A model generated the notes under the pieces. The model saw nothing but the letters and a program-made list of their open reading frames with translations. It did no database searches and was not told where the DNA came from. A stretch of DNA of 64,000 nucleotides, from positions 32,001 to 96,000 of the IMG/VR virus record IMGVR_UViG_2923519811_000002. One strand, written 5' to 3'. This document shows, piece after piece, positions 36,647-46,195 of the stretch (positions are counted from its first letter, which is position 1; the number at the start of each line of letters is the position of its first letter). The translations under genes were made by a program, and so were the position numbers. The stretch is from a virus (Duplodnaviria; Caudoviricetes).

Positions 36647-38403
36647 CATTGCAGCTCCATAAAGCCGGTGTTGGATGTCGTCTGCCCTTCGAGTGGCTCG
36701 TTCTGCAGGGCATGGAACAGGGCCCAGGCCAGATCGGCATGGCCCGTGGTTTCGGTGCGGCCGGCGGTGTAGGTCATGTGGCGACCGCTGGCGGTCATGG
36801 TCTTGCGGATGGCCATCAGCGCCTGGGCGAAGTCGGTCCAGCCGGCGTCGAACTCCAGCCGCCCCTTGTGGATCACGTCGTAGGCCTTCAGCACCAGGCG
36901 CGTCTTCACCTCGGGCGAGTAGCTGAAGGTCACCAGGTTGGGGAAGAACTGCTTAACCAGCTGCGCCACGCCCGAGCCCATGCCCGTGGTATCGATGCCG
37001 ATGTAGGTGACCCAGAAGCGCTCGGTGATTTCCTTGATCACCTTGGCCTGGGCCGCGAAATCCATGCCCCTGAACTGGTGCTTCTCCAGCACCCGGAAGG
37101 CCCCGCCCGGCACCTGCGGCGGCGCCACCACCACCAGGCCGGCGGTATCCCCGGTCTCGGCCGGGTCGTAGCCCACCCACACCGGCCAGCTGGCGTAGGG
37201 GCGCTTGGCGAAGGGCTTGTACTCCCCTTCCCACTTCACCCAGCTGTCCACCATGCAAGGCTGCAGCATGGCCAGGGGGAAGACCGACGCCCCGTCGTCC
37301 ACGAACTCGCACATCAGCAGGTTGGCGAAGGCCTCGGGCGAGTACTCGAAGCGCAGCTCATCGATATCGAACAGGTCGCAGCCCCGGTCCGCCGCGTCCA
37401 GGATGGTGACGATCTGCCGCCAGATCTTGTCCTCGCACAGGCGTCCCTGCTGCAGCGCGCCGTGGCTCACGTCCACCTTCAGGTGCTGCGCCGCCGGCTT
37501 GCCCCGGTTGAACACCTCCCCGGTCCAGAACGTGTACGCCTCGTGGGCCATGCTCGACGGCGTCGAGAAGTACGTCTTGCGCCACCTCTTGTGCATCGCC
37601 ATGCCGCTGGCGACCTTGTTCAGCTCCTGGAACTTGAAGGTCCAGAAGAACTCGTCGAAATAGAAATTCCCGTGATAGCCCTGGGCCGTGCGCGCGTTGG
37701 TACCGAGGAAGTGCAGCTCGGCGCCATTGGGCAGGATGATCGGGTCGCCGGTGAGATCGACGCCCGTCACCTCGCGGGCAAAGGCCTGGATATAGGCCTT
37801 GAAGATGTGCGCCTGATTCTTCGAGGCGGACAGGAAGATCTGGTTTCGGCCCGTGCTAAGCGCATCGATCAGCGCCTCCCGGGCGAAGTAGTAGGTCGCG
37901 CCGATCTGGCGTGACTTCAGGATCACCCGGGTGCGCTGGTTGCCGGCCCGGTACCAATCCTTCTGGTAGTCGAAGCAGCCATCGAGGAAGGCCTCGACCA
38001 GCCGCTCCACCTGGTCCTCGCTGAACTCGTTGCGCCGAGGCTTCGCCTTCGGCCCCGCATTGCGCTTGGCCAGCTCCGGGTTGAGGTCCGTTTCGGTACC
38101 GCCGCCCTGGTAACGCTGAATCCTCGCCTGCCGCTCCAGCTGCCGGTGCAGCAGATCGATCTCCTTGAAATCGCCGCCGGTCTTGCCGTCCTTGAGGATC
38201 AGCTGCACGAGCCGCGCCTCCAGCGCACCCCCGATGCGCTCGACGTTGCCCGCCCGGTCCCACTCATCCCGGGCCTTCCAGCTGTGCAGGGTCTTTTCCT
38301 TCTCGCCCAAGAGATCGGCGATATCGGTGACGCGCCACCCCATCCAGTACAGGTGCTTGGCGTGGCGTCGAGGGTCGGTCGGGAGGCTGGCGATAGCGTT
38401 CAT
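36646..38403 (-). CDS. Terminase ATPase subunit (P2 gpP)
   Basis: ILKSRQIGAT, YFDEFFW, GYDPA, HADLAWA. Confidence 0.96.
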   Translation of the reverse strand: MNAIASLPTDPRRHAKHLYWMGWRVTDIADLLGEKEKTLHSWKARDEWDRAGNVERIGGALEARLVQLILKDGKTGGDFKEIDLLHRQLERQARIQRYQGGGTETDLNPELAKRNAGPKAKPRRNEFSEDQVERLVEAFLDGCFDYQKDWYRAGNQRTRVILKSRQIGATYYFAREALIDALSTGRNQIFLSASKNQAHIFKAYIQAFAREVTGVDLTGDPIILPNGAELHFLGTNARTAQGYHGNFYFDEFFWTFKFQELNKVASGMAMHKRWRKTYFSTPSSMAHEAYTFWTGEVFNRGKPAAQHLKVDVSHGALQQGRLCEDKIWRQIVTILDAADRGCDLFDIDELRFEYSPEAFANLLMCEFVDDGASVFPLAMLQPCMVDSWVKWEGEYKPFAKRPYASWPVWVGYDPAETGDTAGLVVVAPPQVPGGAFRVLEKHQFRGMDFAAQAKVIKEITERFWVTYIGIDTTGMGSGVAQLVKQFFPNLVTFSYSPEVKTRLVLKAYDVIHKGRLEFDAGWTDFAQALMAIRKTMTASGRHMTYTAGRTETTGHADLAWALFHALQNEPLEGQTTSNTGFMELQ

Positions 38404-38449
38404 GGCGCCGATGCTGCCGCCCGCGCGCGAAGCACACCCGCACCGCCCC

Positions 38450-38470
38450 TTGTATCCCCTGCCCCTACAA
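38450..38470. promoter_or_regulatory. Late-promoter activator site (P/O divergent region)
   Basis: TTGTA-N11-TACAA; same motif at 47251 and 52623. Confidence 0.7.
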
Positions 38471-38557
38471 AGCCCGCGCGTTGCCCGCCCAGGGCCGTCT
38501 GCCGACCATGCCCCTCAACGCCGACTGCGGCAAAGCAGCTGAAACCGAGGACACCCC

Positions 38558-39397
38558 ATGAAGAAATTCCGCTCGAAGTGGCTCCGCGTTGCCGTGGAAG
38601 GCGCCACTACCGACAAGCGCGTGATCAAGCGCAGCTGGCTGGAGCAGGCCGCCAAGAACTTCAGCCAGAACACCTACGGCGCCCGCATCTGGCTGGAGCA
38701 CTTCCGCAGCCTGCTGCCCGACGGCCCCTTCAAGGCCTACGGCGACGTCGTCGCCCTCAAGACCGAAGAGGTGGAGATCTCCGGCCAGAAGAAGCTCGCC
38801 CTCTACGCCCAACTGGAGCCCACCAGCGAACTGCTCGCCCTCAACAAGGCCAAGCAGAAGATCTACACCTCCATCGAGCTCGACGAGAACTTCGCCGACA
38901 GCGGCGAGGCCTACATGGTCGGCCTCGCCGTCACCGACTCCCCGGCCAGCCTGGGGACCGACGTCCTCGCCTTCTCCGCGCAGAAGCCCGAAGCAAGCCC
39001 CTTCCGCGGCCGCCACTACTCCGAGACCTCCATGTTCTCCGAGGCCATCGAAGCCGATCTCGAATTCGAAGAAGTCACCGACCAGGTGGGGCTGTTCGGC
39101 AGCCTCAAGACCGCCATCAGCGACCTCATCAGCAAGGGCAAGGACAGGGAAGGCCGGGACGCCGCCACCTTCAACGAGCTGGGCGAAACCCTCGAAGGCC
39201 TCGTCACCTTCGCCACCCAGCAGCAGGCGCACGCAGCCAGGGCCGACACCGCCATCGCCAACCTCACGAAGGCGGTAGAGACCATCACCACCGACTTCGC
39301 CGCCCTGAAGGAGCAGCTCGGCAAGACCCAGGACCTCAGCCAGAAGCAACGCCCGCCGGTCACCGGTGACAAGCAGCGCGTCGTAACCGACTGCTGA
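38558..39397 (+). CDS. Capsid scaffolding protein (gpO)
   Basis: VAVEGATTD.R, KIYTSIE, GLAVTDSPASLGT, C-terminal TDC. Confidence 0.95.
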   Translation: MKKFRSKWLRVAVEGATTDKRVIKRSWLEQAAKNFSQNTYGARIWLEHFRSLLPDGPFKAYGDVVALKTEEVEISGQKKLALYAQLEPTSELLALNKAKQKIYTSIELDENFADSGEAYMVGLAVTDSPASLGTDVLAFSAQKPEASPFRGRHYSETSMFSEAIEADLEFEEVTDQVGLFGSLKTAISDLISKGKDREGRDAATFNELGETLEGLVTFATQQQAHAARADTAIANLTKAVETITTDFAALKEQLGKTQDLSQKQRPPVTGDKQRVVTDC

Positions 39398-39440
39398 TCC
39401 CCACGGACAGCCAGCAGCCAAGGAACAACCGGAGAGCCCC

Positions 39441-40460
39441 ATGCGCAACGAAACCCGCAAAGCCTTCAACGCCTACCTGGACCAGGTGGCCAAACTCAAC
39501 GGCGTCGACAGCGCCACCACCAAGTTCGCCATCGAGCCCAGCGTCCAGCAGAAGCTGGAGCAGCGCATGCAGGAATCCAGCGAGTTCCTCGGCCAGATCG
39601 GCATGATCGGCGTCGACGAACTGATCGGCGAAAAAGTCGGCATCGGCGTCAGCGGCACCATCGCCAGCCGTACCGACACCACCGGCGACGGCGTGCGTAC
39701 CCCGCGCGAAGTGCAGGCCCTGGACAACCAGAAGTACGAGGCCAAGCAGACGGATTTCGACACCGCCATCCGCTACTCCCTGCTCGACGCCTGGGCCAAA
39801 TTCCCGGAGTTCCAGGCCCTGCTGCGCGACGCCATCATCAAGCGCCAGGCCCTGGACCGCATCATGATCGGCTTCAACGGAACCAGCGCCGCCGCCACCA
39901 CCAACCGCAGCACCAACCCCCTCCTGCAGGACGTCAACATCGGCTGGCTGCAGCAGTACCGCAACAACGCCCCGCAGCGCGTCCTCAAGGATGGCAAGGC
40001 CGACGGCAAGATCGTCATCGGCAACGGCGCCGCCGCCGACTACAACAACCTCGACGCCCTGGTGTTCGACGCCGTGGCCAACCTGCTGGACCCCTGGCAC
40101 CGCAAGGACCCCGGCCTGGTGGTGATCCTCGGCAGCAACCTGGTTCACGACAAGTACTTCCCGCTGGTGAACAAGGAGCAGCCCGCGTCCGAGAAGCTCG
40201 CCACCGACATGATCCTCTCGCAGAAGCGCATGGGCGGTAAGCAGCCGATCGAGGTCCCCTACGTGCCCGACGGCGCCATGCTCATCACCACCCTGCCCAA
40301 CCTGGCCATCTACTGGCAGCTCGGCGGCCGGCGCCGCTACATCCAGGAGAACCCGGCCAAGAACCGCATCGACAACTTCGAATCGAGCAACGACGCCTAC
40401 GTCGTCGAGGACTACGGCCTCGGCTGCCTGGTCGAGAACATCGAGCTGCTGGAGGCCTGA
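39441..40460 (+). CDS. Major capsid protein (gpN)
   Basis: MRNETR, LDRIMIGFNG, NPLLQDVNIGWLQ. Confidence 0.97.
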   Translation: MRNETRKAFNAYLDQVAKLNGVDSATTKFAIEPSVQQKLEQRMQESSEFLGQIGMIGVDELIGEKVGIGVSGTIASRTDTTGDGVRTPREVQALDNQKYEAKQTDFDTAIRYSLLDAWAKFPEFQALLRDAIIKRQALDRIMIGFNGTSAAATTNRSTNPLLQDVNIGWLQQYRNNAPQRVLKDGKADGKIVIGNGAAADYNNLDALVFDAVANLLDPWHRKDPGLVVILGSNLVHDKYFPLVNKEQPASEKLATDMILSQKRMGGKQPIEVPYVPDGAMLITTLPNLAIYWQLGGRRRYIQENPAKNRIDNFESSNDAYVVEDYGLGCLVENIELLEA

Positions 40461-40465
40461 CCGCC

Positions 40466-41170
40466 ATGGCCCTGAGCCCCGCCAAACGCCACTTCATCAA
40501 GACCTCAGCCGCCATGGCGGCCGAGGCCACCCCCCACGGCGCCACCGTCGAAGGCCTGCAGGCCTACGAACAGCAGCTCGCCCAGCTGCACCAGGACCGC
40601 CTGCGCCTCAGCCAGGTCCAGGGCAACGAGCGCAAGGCCGAACTCAAGCGCCAACTGGTCCCCGCCTACGCCCCGTACATCGAAGGCGTGCTGGAGGCAG
40701 GGCAAGGCGCCCAGGACGACGTGCTCGGCTACCTCATGGTCTGGCGCATCGACATCGGCGACTACCAGGGCGCCCTCGACATCGCCGAGTACGTCCTGCA
40801 GCACGGGCTCGCCCTGCCGGATCGCTTCGAACGCTCCAGCGGCTGCCTGGTCGCCGAAGAGATTGCCGAAGCCGCCCTCAAGGCGCAGAAGACCAAGGAC
40901 AGCTTCGACCTCGACGTGCTGCACCGCACCCTCGCCCTCACCGACGACCAGGACATGCCCGACGAGGCCCGCGCCAAGCTCTACCTCGCCGCCGGCCGCG
41001 CCACCCTCGAAGGGCTCACCCAGGACAACCCAGGCCCGCCCGGCAAGCTCCAGGCCGGCGCCGACCTGCTCAAGCGCGCCATCGAGCTGCACAGCATGTG
41101 CGGCGGCAAGCAAGCCTTCGACGCAGCCACCAAGCTGCTCAACAAACTCGCCGCCAAACCAGGCGGCTAA
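40466..41170 (+). CDS. Terminase small subunit (gpM)
   Basis: SPA.RH, QDDVL..LMVWRID.GD, DMPDE.RAKL. Confidence 0.93.
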   Translation: MALSPAKRHFIKTSAAMAAEATPHGATVEGLQAYEQQLAQLHQDRLRLSQVQGNERKAELKRQLVPAYAPYIEGVLEAGQGAQDDVLGYLMVWRIDIGDYQGALDIAEYVLQHGLALPDRFERSSGCLVAEEIAEAALKAQKTKDSFDLDVLHRTLALTDDQDMPDEARAKLYLAAGRATLEGLTQDNPGPPGKLQAGADLLKRAIELHSMCGGKQAFDAATKLLNKLAAKPGG

Positions 41171-41270
41171 CCGAGCGGTCCCCCGCAACCCGGGCGGCTC
41201 GGGGCCGATCAGCAGGACCTCCTCCCTTGCTGTGACGCCCCGACCACCGCCCTCCACGCGAGAGCAGCAC

Positions 41271-41735
41271 ATGAGCGGTTTCGTCGGCGGCGACACCACC
41301 CCCGCGAGCTTCACCCTGGCCAATGACGGCTTCTGGCCGGACATCGACGCCGACCACCTGCGCGAAGCCCAGCGCATCGCCGGCACCATCACCAACGCCC
41401 GCCTGGAGCTGGCCACCGTCAACGCCATGCTCAGCGTCAACAGCGACCTGGTCACCCGCCGGGCCGAATGGACTGCCAAGGGCCACGCCACCCTCGCCGA
41501 CGTCCCCAGCCCGAGGATCAACGGCGTCAGCGCCCTGGTCCACGCCTACCAGCGCGCCGTGTACTGCGCCACCAGCGCCGAGATCGCCGAGCGGTACCGC
41601 AGCTACGACGCCACCAACAGCGGCGAACAGAAGGCCGCCGACGAGGTGGACAGCATCGCCGAGTACCGCCGCGACCAGCGCTGGGCCATCCGCGACCTGC
41701 TGGGCATCGGCCGCACCACCGTGGAGCTGATCTGA
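41271..41735 (+). CDS. Head completion protein (gpL)
   Basis: NDGFWPDI, Y.RAV, RWAIRDLLG...TVELI. Confidence 0.92.
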   Translation: MSGFVGGDTTPASFTLANDGFWPDIDADHLREAQRIAGTITNARLELATVNAMLSVNSDLVTRRAEWTAKGHATLADVPSPRINGVSALVHAYQRAVYCATSAEIAERYRSYDATNSGEQKAADEVDSIAEYRRDQRWAIRDLLGIGRTTVELI

Positions 41736-41941
41736 TGAACAGCGTCCGCGCGCTCCAGGGCGACACCGTCGACGCCATCTGCTGGCGGGTCTACGGGCGC
41801 ACCGCCGGCCTCACCGAAGCGGTGCTGGAGGCCAACCCCGGCCTGGCCGACCTCGGCCCGGTCATCCCCCAGGGCCACCGGGTCACCCTCCCCGCCCAGG
41901 CACCCCAACCCCAACGGCCAACGGTGAACCTATGGGACTGA
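41735..41941 (+). CDS. Tail protein X
   Basis: QGDTVDAICWRVYG...ANPGLA...VNLWD. Confidence 0.92.
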   Translation: MNSVRALQGDTVDAICWRVYGRTAGLTEAVLEANPGLADLGPVIPQGHRVTLPAQAPQPQRPTVNLWD

Positions 41942-41976
41942 AACCCACCCCCACCCCACCCACAGGAACGACGCGC

Positions 41977-42291
41977 ATGCCTGACCGTCCCGAAACCTGG
42001 GCCTGGCTCGCCGCCTGGCTGGAACACAACTGGCCCGGCGTCTACGCCGGCCTGCTCGCCGCCCTCATCGCCGGCCTGCGCGTCATCTACGGCGGCGGCA
42101 CCCTGCGCCGGGTGCTGCTGGAATCCCCGCTGTGCGGCCTGCTGGCCCTGTCCGTGAGCCACGGCCTGGGCCTGGTGGGCATCCCGCCCGGATCCGCGCC
42201 CTTCTTCGGCGGCGCCATCGGCCTGCTGGGGGTCGAAGGCGTCCGCGCCCTCGCCCGCCGCTTCTTCAACCGCAAGGTGGACTCCCTATGA
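41977..42291 (+). CDS. Holin
   Basis: MPDRPETW, three TM segments, before the endolysin. Confidence 0.85.
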   Translation: MPDRPETWAWLAAWLEHNWPGVYAGLLAALIAGLRVIYGGGTLRRVLLESPLCGLLALSVSHGLGLVGIPPGSAPFFGGAIGLLGVEGVRALARRFFNRKVDSL

Positions 42292-43112
42292 CCCCGCTCA
42301 AACACGGCGACCGCTCCCAGGCCGTCGCCCAGCTGCAGAAAGCCCTCGTCGCCCAAGGCGCCACCCTCGCCGTGGATGGCGACTACGGCGACGCCACCGA
42401 GCAGGCCGTGCGCACCTACCAGGCCCGCATCGGCCTGGTAGCCGATGGCATCGCCGGCGACAAGACCCTCGCCGCCCTCGCCGGGCAGGACACCGGCCGC
42501 CTGCTCAGGCACGCCGACCTGGTGGCCGCCGCCAAACGCCTCGGCATCGAGCTGGCCGCGCTCTACGCCGTCAACGAGGTGGAGAGCCGAGGCCAGGGCT
42601 TCCTCGCCAACGGCCGCCCGGTGATCCTCTTCGAGCGCCACGTCATGCTCGCCCGCCTCAAGCTGACCCGCGCCCCGGACGACGACGTACAGCAGCGGGA
42701 GCAGCGCGCCCTGGAGCTGGCCGCCAAGTTCCCCAACCTGGTCAACGCCGCACCCGGTGGCTACGCCGGCGGCACCGCCGAACACCAGCGCCTGGCCAGC
42801 GCCCGCCAGCTCGACGACACCTGCGCCCTGGAGTCCGCCAGCTGGGGCCTGTTCCAGATCATGGGCTACCACGCCACCGCCCTCGACTACCCCAGCGTCC
42901 AGGCCTTCGCCGATGCCATGCAGCGCAGCGAAGCCGAGCAGCTCGACGCCTTCGTCCGCTTCATCGAAGCCGACCCGGCCCTGCACAAGGCCCTCAAGGG
43001 GAAGAAGTGGGCCGAGTTCGCCCGCCGCTACAACGGCCCCGCCTACGCCCGCAACCTCTACGACGTGAAGCTGGAGCGCGCCTACGCCCGGCACACCGAG
43101 GCCGCCGCGTGA
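42288..43112 (+). CDS. Modular endolysin (PG-binding + N-acetylmuramidase)
   Basis: DG.YG..T..AV..YQ..GL.ADG; VES.G, ILFERH, SWGLFQIMG, YNG. Confidence 0.92.
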   Translation: MTPLKHGDRSQAVAQLQKALVAQGATLAVDGDYGDATEQAVRTYQARIGLVADGIAGDKTLAALAGQDTGRLLRHADLVAAAKRLGIELAALYAVNEVESRGQGFLANGRPVILFERHVMLARLKLTRAPDDDVQQREQRALELAAKFPNLVNAAPGGYAGGTAEHQRLASARQLDDTCALESASWGLFQIMGYHATALDYPSVQAFADAMQRSEAEQLDAFVRFIEADPALHKALKGKKWAEFARRYNGPAYARNLYDVKLERAYARHTEAAA

Positions 43113-43552
43113 GCCCCCTGCGCCAGGCCCTCTACGGCCTCGCCCTGCTGGCCACCCTGGCCCTGCTGCTGTGGACCCAGCAGCTGCGCAGCCAGGCCGA
43201 AAGCGCCCGCGCCGAGCGCGACGACCAGGCCCTGCAGCAGGCCCGCGAGCGCATCGAGCGCCAGGCGCAGGCCATCACCCAGCTGGACCAGGCCCTGCAG
43301 GCCGAACGCACCGCCCAGGCACAGCTGCGCACCCTCCAGGCCCAACTGCGCCAGGGCCTGGCCCAGCGCGAGCGCACCCTCAAGGAGCTGACCCATGCCG
43401 ACCCCGACCTGCGGACCTGGTCCGCTCTGCCTCTGCCTGCTGCTGCTCGCCGGCTGCGCGAGCGCCCCGCCCTCAGCGGAGCGGACGCTTACCGTGACTG
43501 GCTGTCCCGCAGTGGTGCCGTGCCAGCTGCCGGCGACGGCGCCGAGCGCTAA
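43109..43552 (+). CDS. lysB: LysB i-spanin
   Basis: N-terminal TM, coiled coil, W...LP end. Confidence 0.85.
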   Translation: MSPLRQALYGLALLATLALLLWTQQLRSQAESARAERDDQALQQARERIERQAQAITQLDQALQAERTAQAQLRTLQAQLRQGLAQRERTLKELTHADPDLRTWSALPLPAAARRLRERPALSGADAYRDWLSRSGAVPAAGDGAER

Positions 43553-43652
43553 CGGCGACCTGCTCAGCGACAGCGAGCGCCTCGAAGCCGCCTGGGCCGA
43601 CTGCGCCGCCCAGGTCGATATGGTCTACCGCCACCAACAGGGCCAGCCATGA
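43395..43652 (+). CDS. lysC: LysC o-spanin
   Basis: Lipobox LAGC, GCP.V.PC.LP, NGDL, W..CA.QVD. Confidence 0.85.
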   Translation: MPTPTCGPGPLCLCLLLLAGCASAPPSAERTLTVTGCPAVVPCQLPATAPSANGDLLSDSERLEAAWADCAAQVDMVYRHQQGQP

Positions 43653-44128
43653 ACAAACCCACCAGCCTGCGCCGGCACCTGCTGGCCAGCGTCCCCGACC
43701 TGCAACGCAACCCCGACCGCCTGCTGGTGTTCATCGATAACGGCACCCTGCGCTGCACCGCAGCCAGGTCCCTATCCTGGGAGTACAACTACGACCTGCA
43801 GGTGATCCTCACCGACTACGCCGGCGACCCGGACCTGATCATGCTGCCGCTGCTCGGCTGGCTGCGGGTCAACCAGCCCGAGCTGCTCGCCAACCTCGAC
43901 CGTGCCCGCGAGGCCGTCCGCTTCGAGGTGGACATCCTCGACAACGACAAGGCCGACGTCGCCTGCACCCTGCGCCTCACCGAGCGCGTGGTGGTGAGCC
44001 ACGACGCCAACGGCCAGGTGCAGCTCAGCCACCCCGGCGAACCCCAGCCCAGCGAGGCCCTGCTGGATCCCGACTGGCCCGCCCCGGGCCAAGGCAACCA
44101 GGACCTGTGGTACGTGCCCCATGGCTGA
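43649..44128 (+). CDS. Tail completion protein (gpR)
   Basis: MNKP.SLR, NPDRLLVFID.G, LTERV. Confidence 0.92.
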   Translation: MNKPTSLRRHLLASVPDLQRNPDRLLVFIDNGTLRCTAARSLSWEYNYDLQVILTDYAGDPDLIMLPLLGWLRVNQPELLANLDRAREAVRFEVDILDNDKADVACTLRLTERVVVSHDANGQVQLSHPGEPQPSEALLDPDWPAPGQGNQDLWYVPHG

Positions 44129-44588
44129 CCAACTCGACGACCTGAGCGACTGGCTCACCCCGCTCATCACCCGCCTGCAACCCACCGAGCGCACCCGCCT
44201 CGCCCGCCAGGTCGCCCAGGCCCTGCGCCGCAGCCAGCAGCAACGCATCGCAGCCCAGCGCAACCCGGACGGCAGCGCCTACGCCCCGCGCAAGCCCCGC
44301 GAGCTGCGCGCCAAGGCCGGGCGCATCAAGCGCAAGGCCAGGATGTTCACCAAGCTGCGCACCGCCCGCTACCTCAAGGCCCAGGGCCGCGCCGACGGCG
44401 CCGTGGTCGGCTTCACCGGCCGCATCGCCCGCATCGCCCGCGTGCACCAGTACGGCCTGCGCGACCGCCCCGCCCCCGGCGCCCGCGACGTGCAGTACGC
44501 CAAGCGCGAGCTGCTCGGCCTCACCGATGCCGAGCGGGACCTGGTGCGTGACCAGGTGCTGGCCCACCTCACCGGCACAGTCCCTTGA
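44121..44588 (+). CDS. Tail completion protein (gpS)
   Basis: RI.AQRNPDGS.Y.PRK, IARVHQYG, RELLG. Confidence 0.92.
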   Translation: MADQLDDLSDWLTPLITRLQPTERTRLARQVAQALRRSQQQRIAAQRNPDGSAYAPRKPRELRAKAGRIKRKARMFTKLRTARYLKAQGRADGAVVGFTGRIARIARVHQYGLRDRPAPGARDVQYAKRELLGLTDAERDLVRDQVLAHLTGTVP

Positions 44589-44613
44589 CGGTCCACAACC
44601 CCGGCGCTATCGT
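44585..44613 (+). promoter_or_regulatory. Sigma70-like promoter of the C4-antirepressor module
   Basis: TTGACG-N17-TATCGT. Confidence 0.6.
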
Positions 44614-44708
44614 CGGCCCGTCGTTGTAAATCCAGCGACACGAGCTTGGCCGCTCGTTCTTAGTACAGGCGCACGGCGCCGTAACGGCGTTTTTTTGTGC
44701 CCGCGTTA

Positions 44709-44786
44709 TGGCGGGCCGTGCGTGGGACACCTTCGGGTGTGCCGGGACCCTGTACCCCGGTCGGCCAACCCGCGTACGGTTCGTCA
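44709..44786 (+). ncRNA. C4/CI-type antisense RNA (copy 2)
   Basis: Cloverleaf with CCTTCGGG; CCTGTAC and CGGCCAA complementary to GTACAGG (44663, 44828) and TTGGCCG (44646, 44798). Confidence 0.82.
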
Positions 44787-44843
44787 CCCTCCCCTGCTTG
44801 GCCGCAGGCGGTGGCGAACTCCAACCAGTACAGGAGTTCCACC

Positions 44844-45059
44844 ATGTCCGAGAAGCGCCCCTACGGCCTCACCGAAGACGATCAGTTCAAGCTCCACCGC
44901 GCCCGCAACGTTCTGCGCCTCCTCCAGTACCTCTCCGAAGCCGACAAGCAAGGCCCCCTTGAGCCCGAACTGCTGGGCAGCGCCTATGGCCTGCTGGCCG
45001 AACAGCTCGATGCGGTGATCGCCAGCAGCGAGCACCGGACCGGGAGGGCACGCGCATGA
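44844..45059 (+). CDS. Small protein under C4 control (icd position)
   Basis: 71 aa; its AGGAG RBS overlaps the antisense target. Confidence 0.7.
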   Translation: MSEKRPYGLTEDDQFKLHRARNVLRLLQYLSEADKQGPLEPELLGSAYGLLAEQLDAVIASSEHRTGRARA

Positions 45060-45202
45060 GCCGCCTCCGCCACCTGCTCGCCCTCTGCCTGCTGCCCCGA
45101 GACGAGCGCGCCCTGTTGCAGCACCTGCGCCATCTGGCCGAAGCTGACCGCCGCTTCATCCTGCGTGCCGTGGCAGCCCTGGCCCAGCACCCCGCCGCCT
45201 GA
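45056..45202 (+). CDS. Small hypothetical protein
   Basis: 48 aa; ATGA overlap. Confidence 0.5.
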   Translation: MSRLRHLLALCLLPRDERALLQHLRHLAEADRRFILRAVAALAQHPAA

Positions 45203-45215
45203 CAAGGAGACCGTC

Positions 45216-46043
45216 ATGAGCACCGCGCAGCAACTGATCCCGGTTCCGTTCTATGAAGACACCGTCGTGCTGATCGGGCAGGACAACGAGCCCTATGTGG
45301 CGATGCGGGCCATCGTCGAAAACATGGGCCTCAACTGGGCCAGCCAGTACACCAAGCTGAAGTCCAATCCAGAGCGCTGGGGTGTTGTGATCATCGCAAC
45401 ACCTTCACTGGGCGGGATGCAGGAGGCTGTGTGCCTTCCGTTGCGCAAACTGGCAGCTTGGCTCATGGGGATCGCTCCCAGCAGGGTAAGCCCCGAGCTA
45501 CGCGACAAGATCGTCCGCTACCAGAACGAATGCGACGACGCCCTGTGGGACTACTGGACCAAGGGCAGCGCCACCCGCCCAGGGACACAGCCGGCCACCC
45601 AGCGCATCGCCCTCTCCCGCCACCGCCTCGCCCTGGGCAAGGAACTGCTGCGCACCCGCGATGCCGGCATGCGGCAGATGATCCACCAGCAGCTCGACGA
45701 AGTGTCCCGCGCCATGGGGCTGCCCACCCCGCCCATCGACAGCATCGGCCAGGCCACCCCGGCCGTGCCCGACCTGCTCGCCCCCTTCTGGGCTGCCCTC
45801 GCGGCCCTGGACGCCAAAGGCGTGGCCTACAACCACGCCCGCACGCCCGACCTGCTGGCCGTCAACCTCCCCGAGCTGGCCCGCCTGTTCCTCGAGCACG
45901 GCCAACCCCTGCGCCTGGACAACGCCCTGCGCACCGCGCTCTGGCACAGCCCGACGCCCCGCTGCCTGCACAAGAACCACCCCCTGGCCAGCCGGCTCAC
46001 GGGCAAGACACTGCGGTGCTGGGTGTTTGAGAGTCCGAATTGA
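45216..46043 (+). CDS. Antirepressor (P22 Ant N-terminal domain)
   Basis: VPF..., PYVAMR.IVENMGL.W..Q..KL, CLPL..L..WL, YQ.EC..AL.DYW. Confidence 0.88.
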   Translation: MSTAQQLIPVPFYEDTVVLIGQDNEPYVAMRAIVENMGLNWASQYTKLKSNPERWGVVIIATPSLGGMQEAVCLPLRKLAAWLMGIAPSRVSPELRDKIVRYQNECDDALWDYWTKGSATRPGTQPATQRIALSRHRLALGKELLRTRDAGMRQMIHQQLDEVSRAMGLPTPPIDSIGQATPAVPDLLAPFWAALAALDAKGVAYNHARTPDLLAVNLPELARLFLEHGQPLRLDNALRTALWHSPTPRCLHKNHPLASRLTGKTLRCWVFESPN

Positions 46044-46195
46044 AGTAGAGGCGCCATTTGGGCAAACAAAAAGTGCTGCGCTACACGCTAACAGCCTGCT
46101 CTTAAAGCGAGCATGATAAAAAGCATACCTATTTAAATTGCCTCACCTTACAACTGCCCACCATTGAAAAACCCAAGCACAACAAGGAGAGAGTT

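Noticed and set aside
44697-44843. ash-type upstream ORF extensions here and at 29682
   Set aside because: Better explained as C4 RNA with complementary targets; downstream ATGs sit next to the targets
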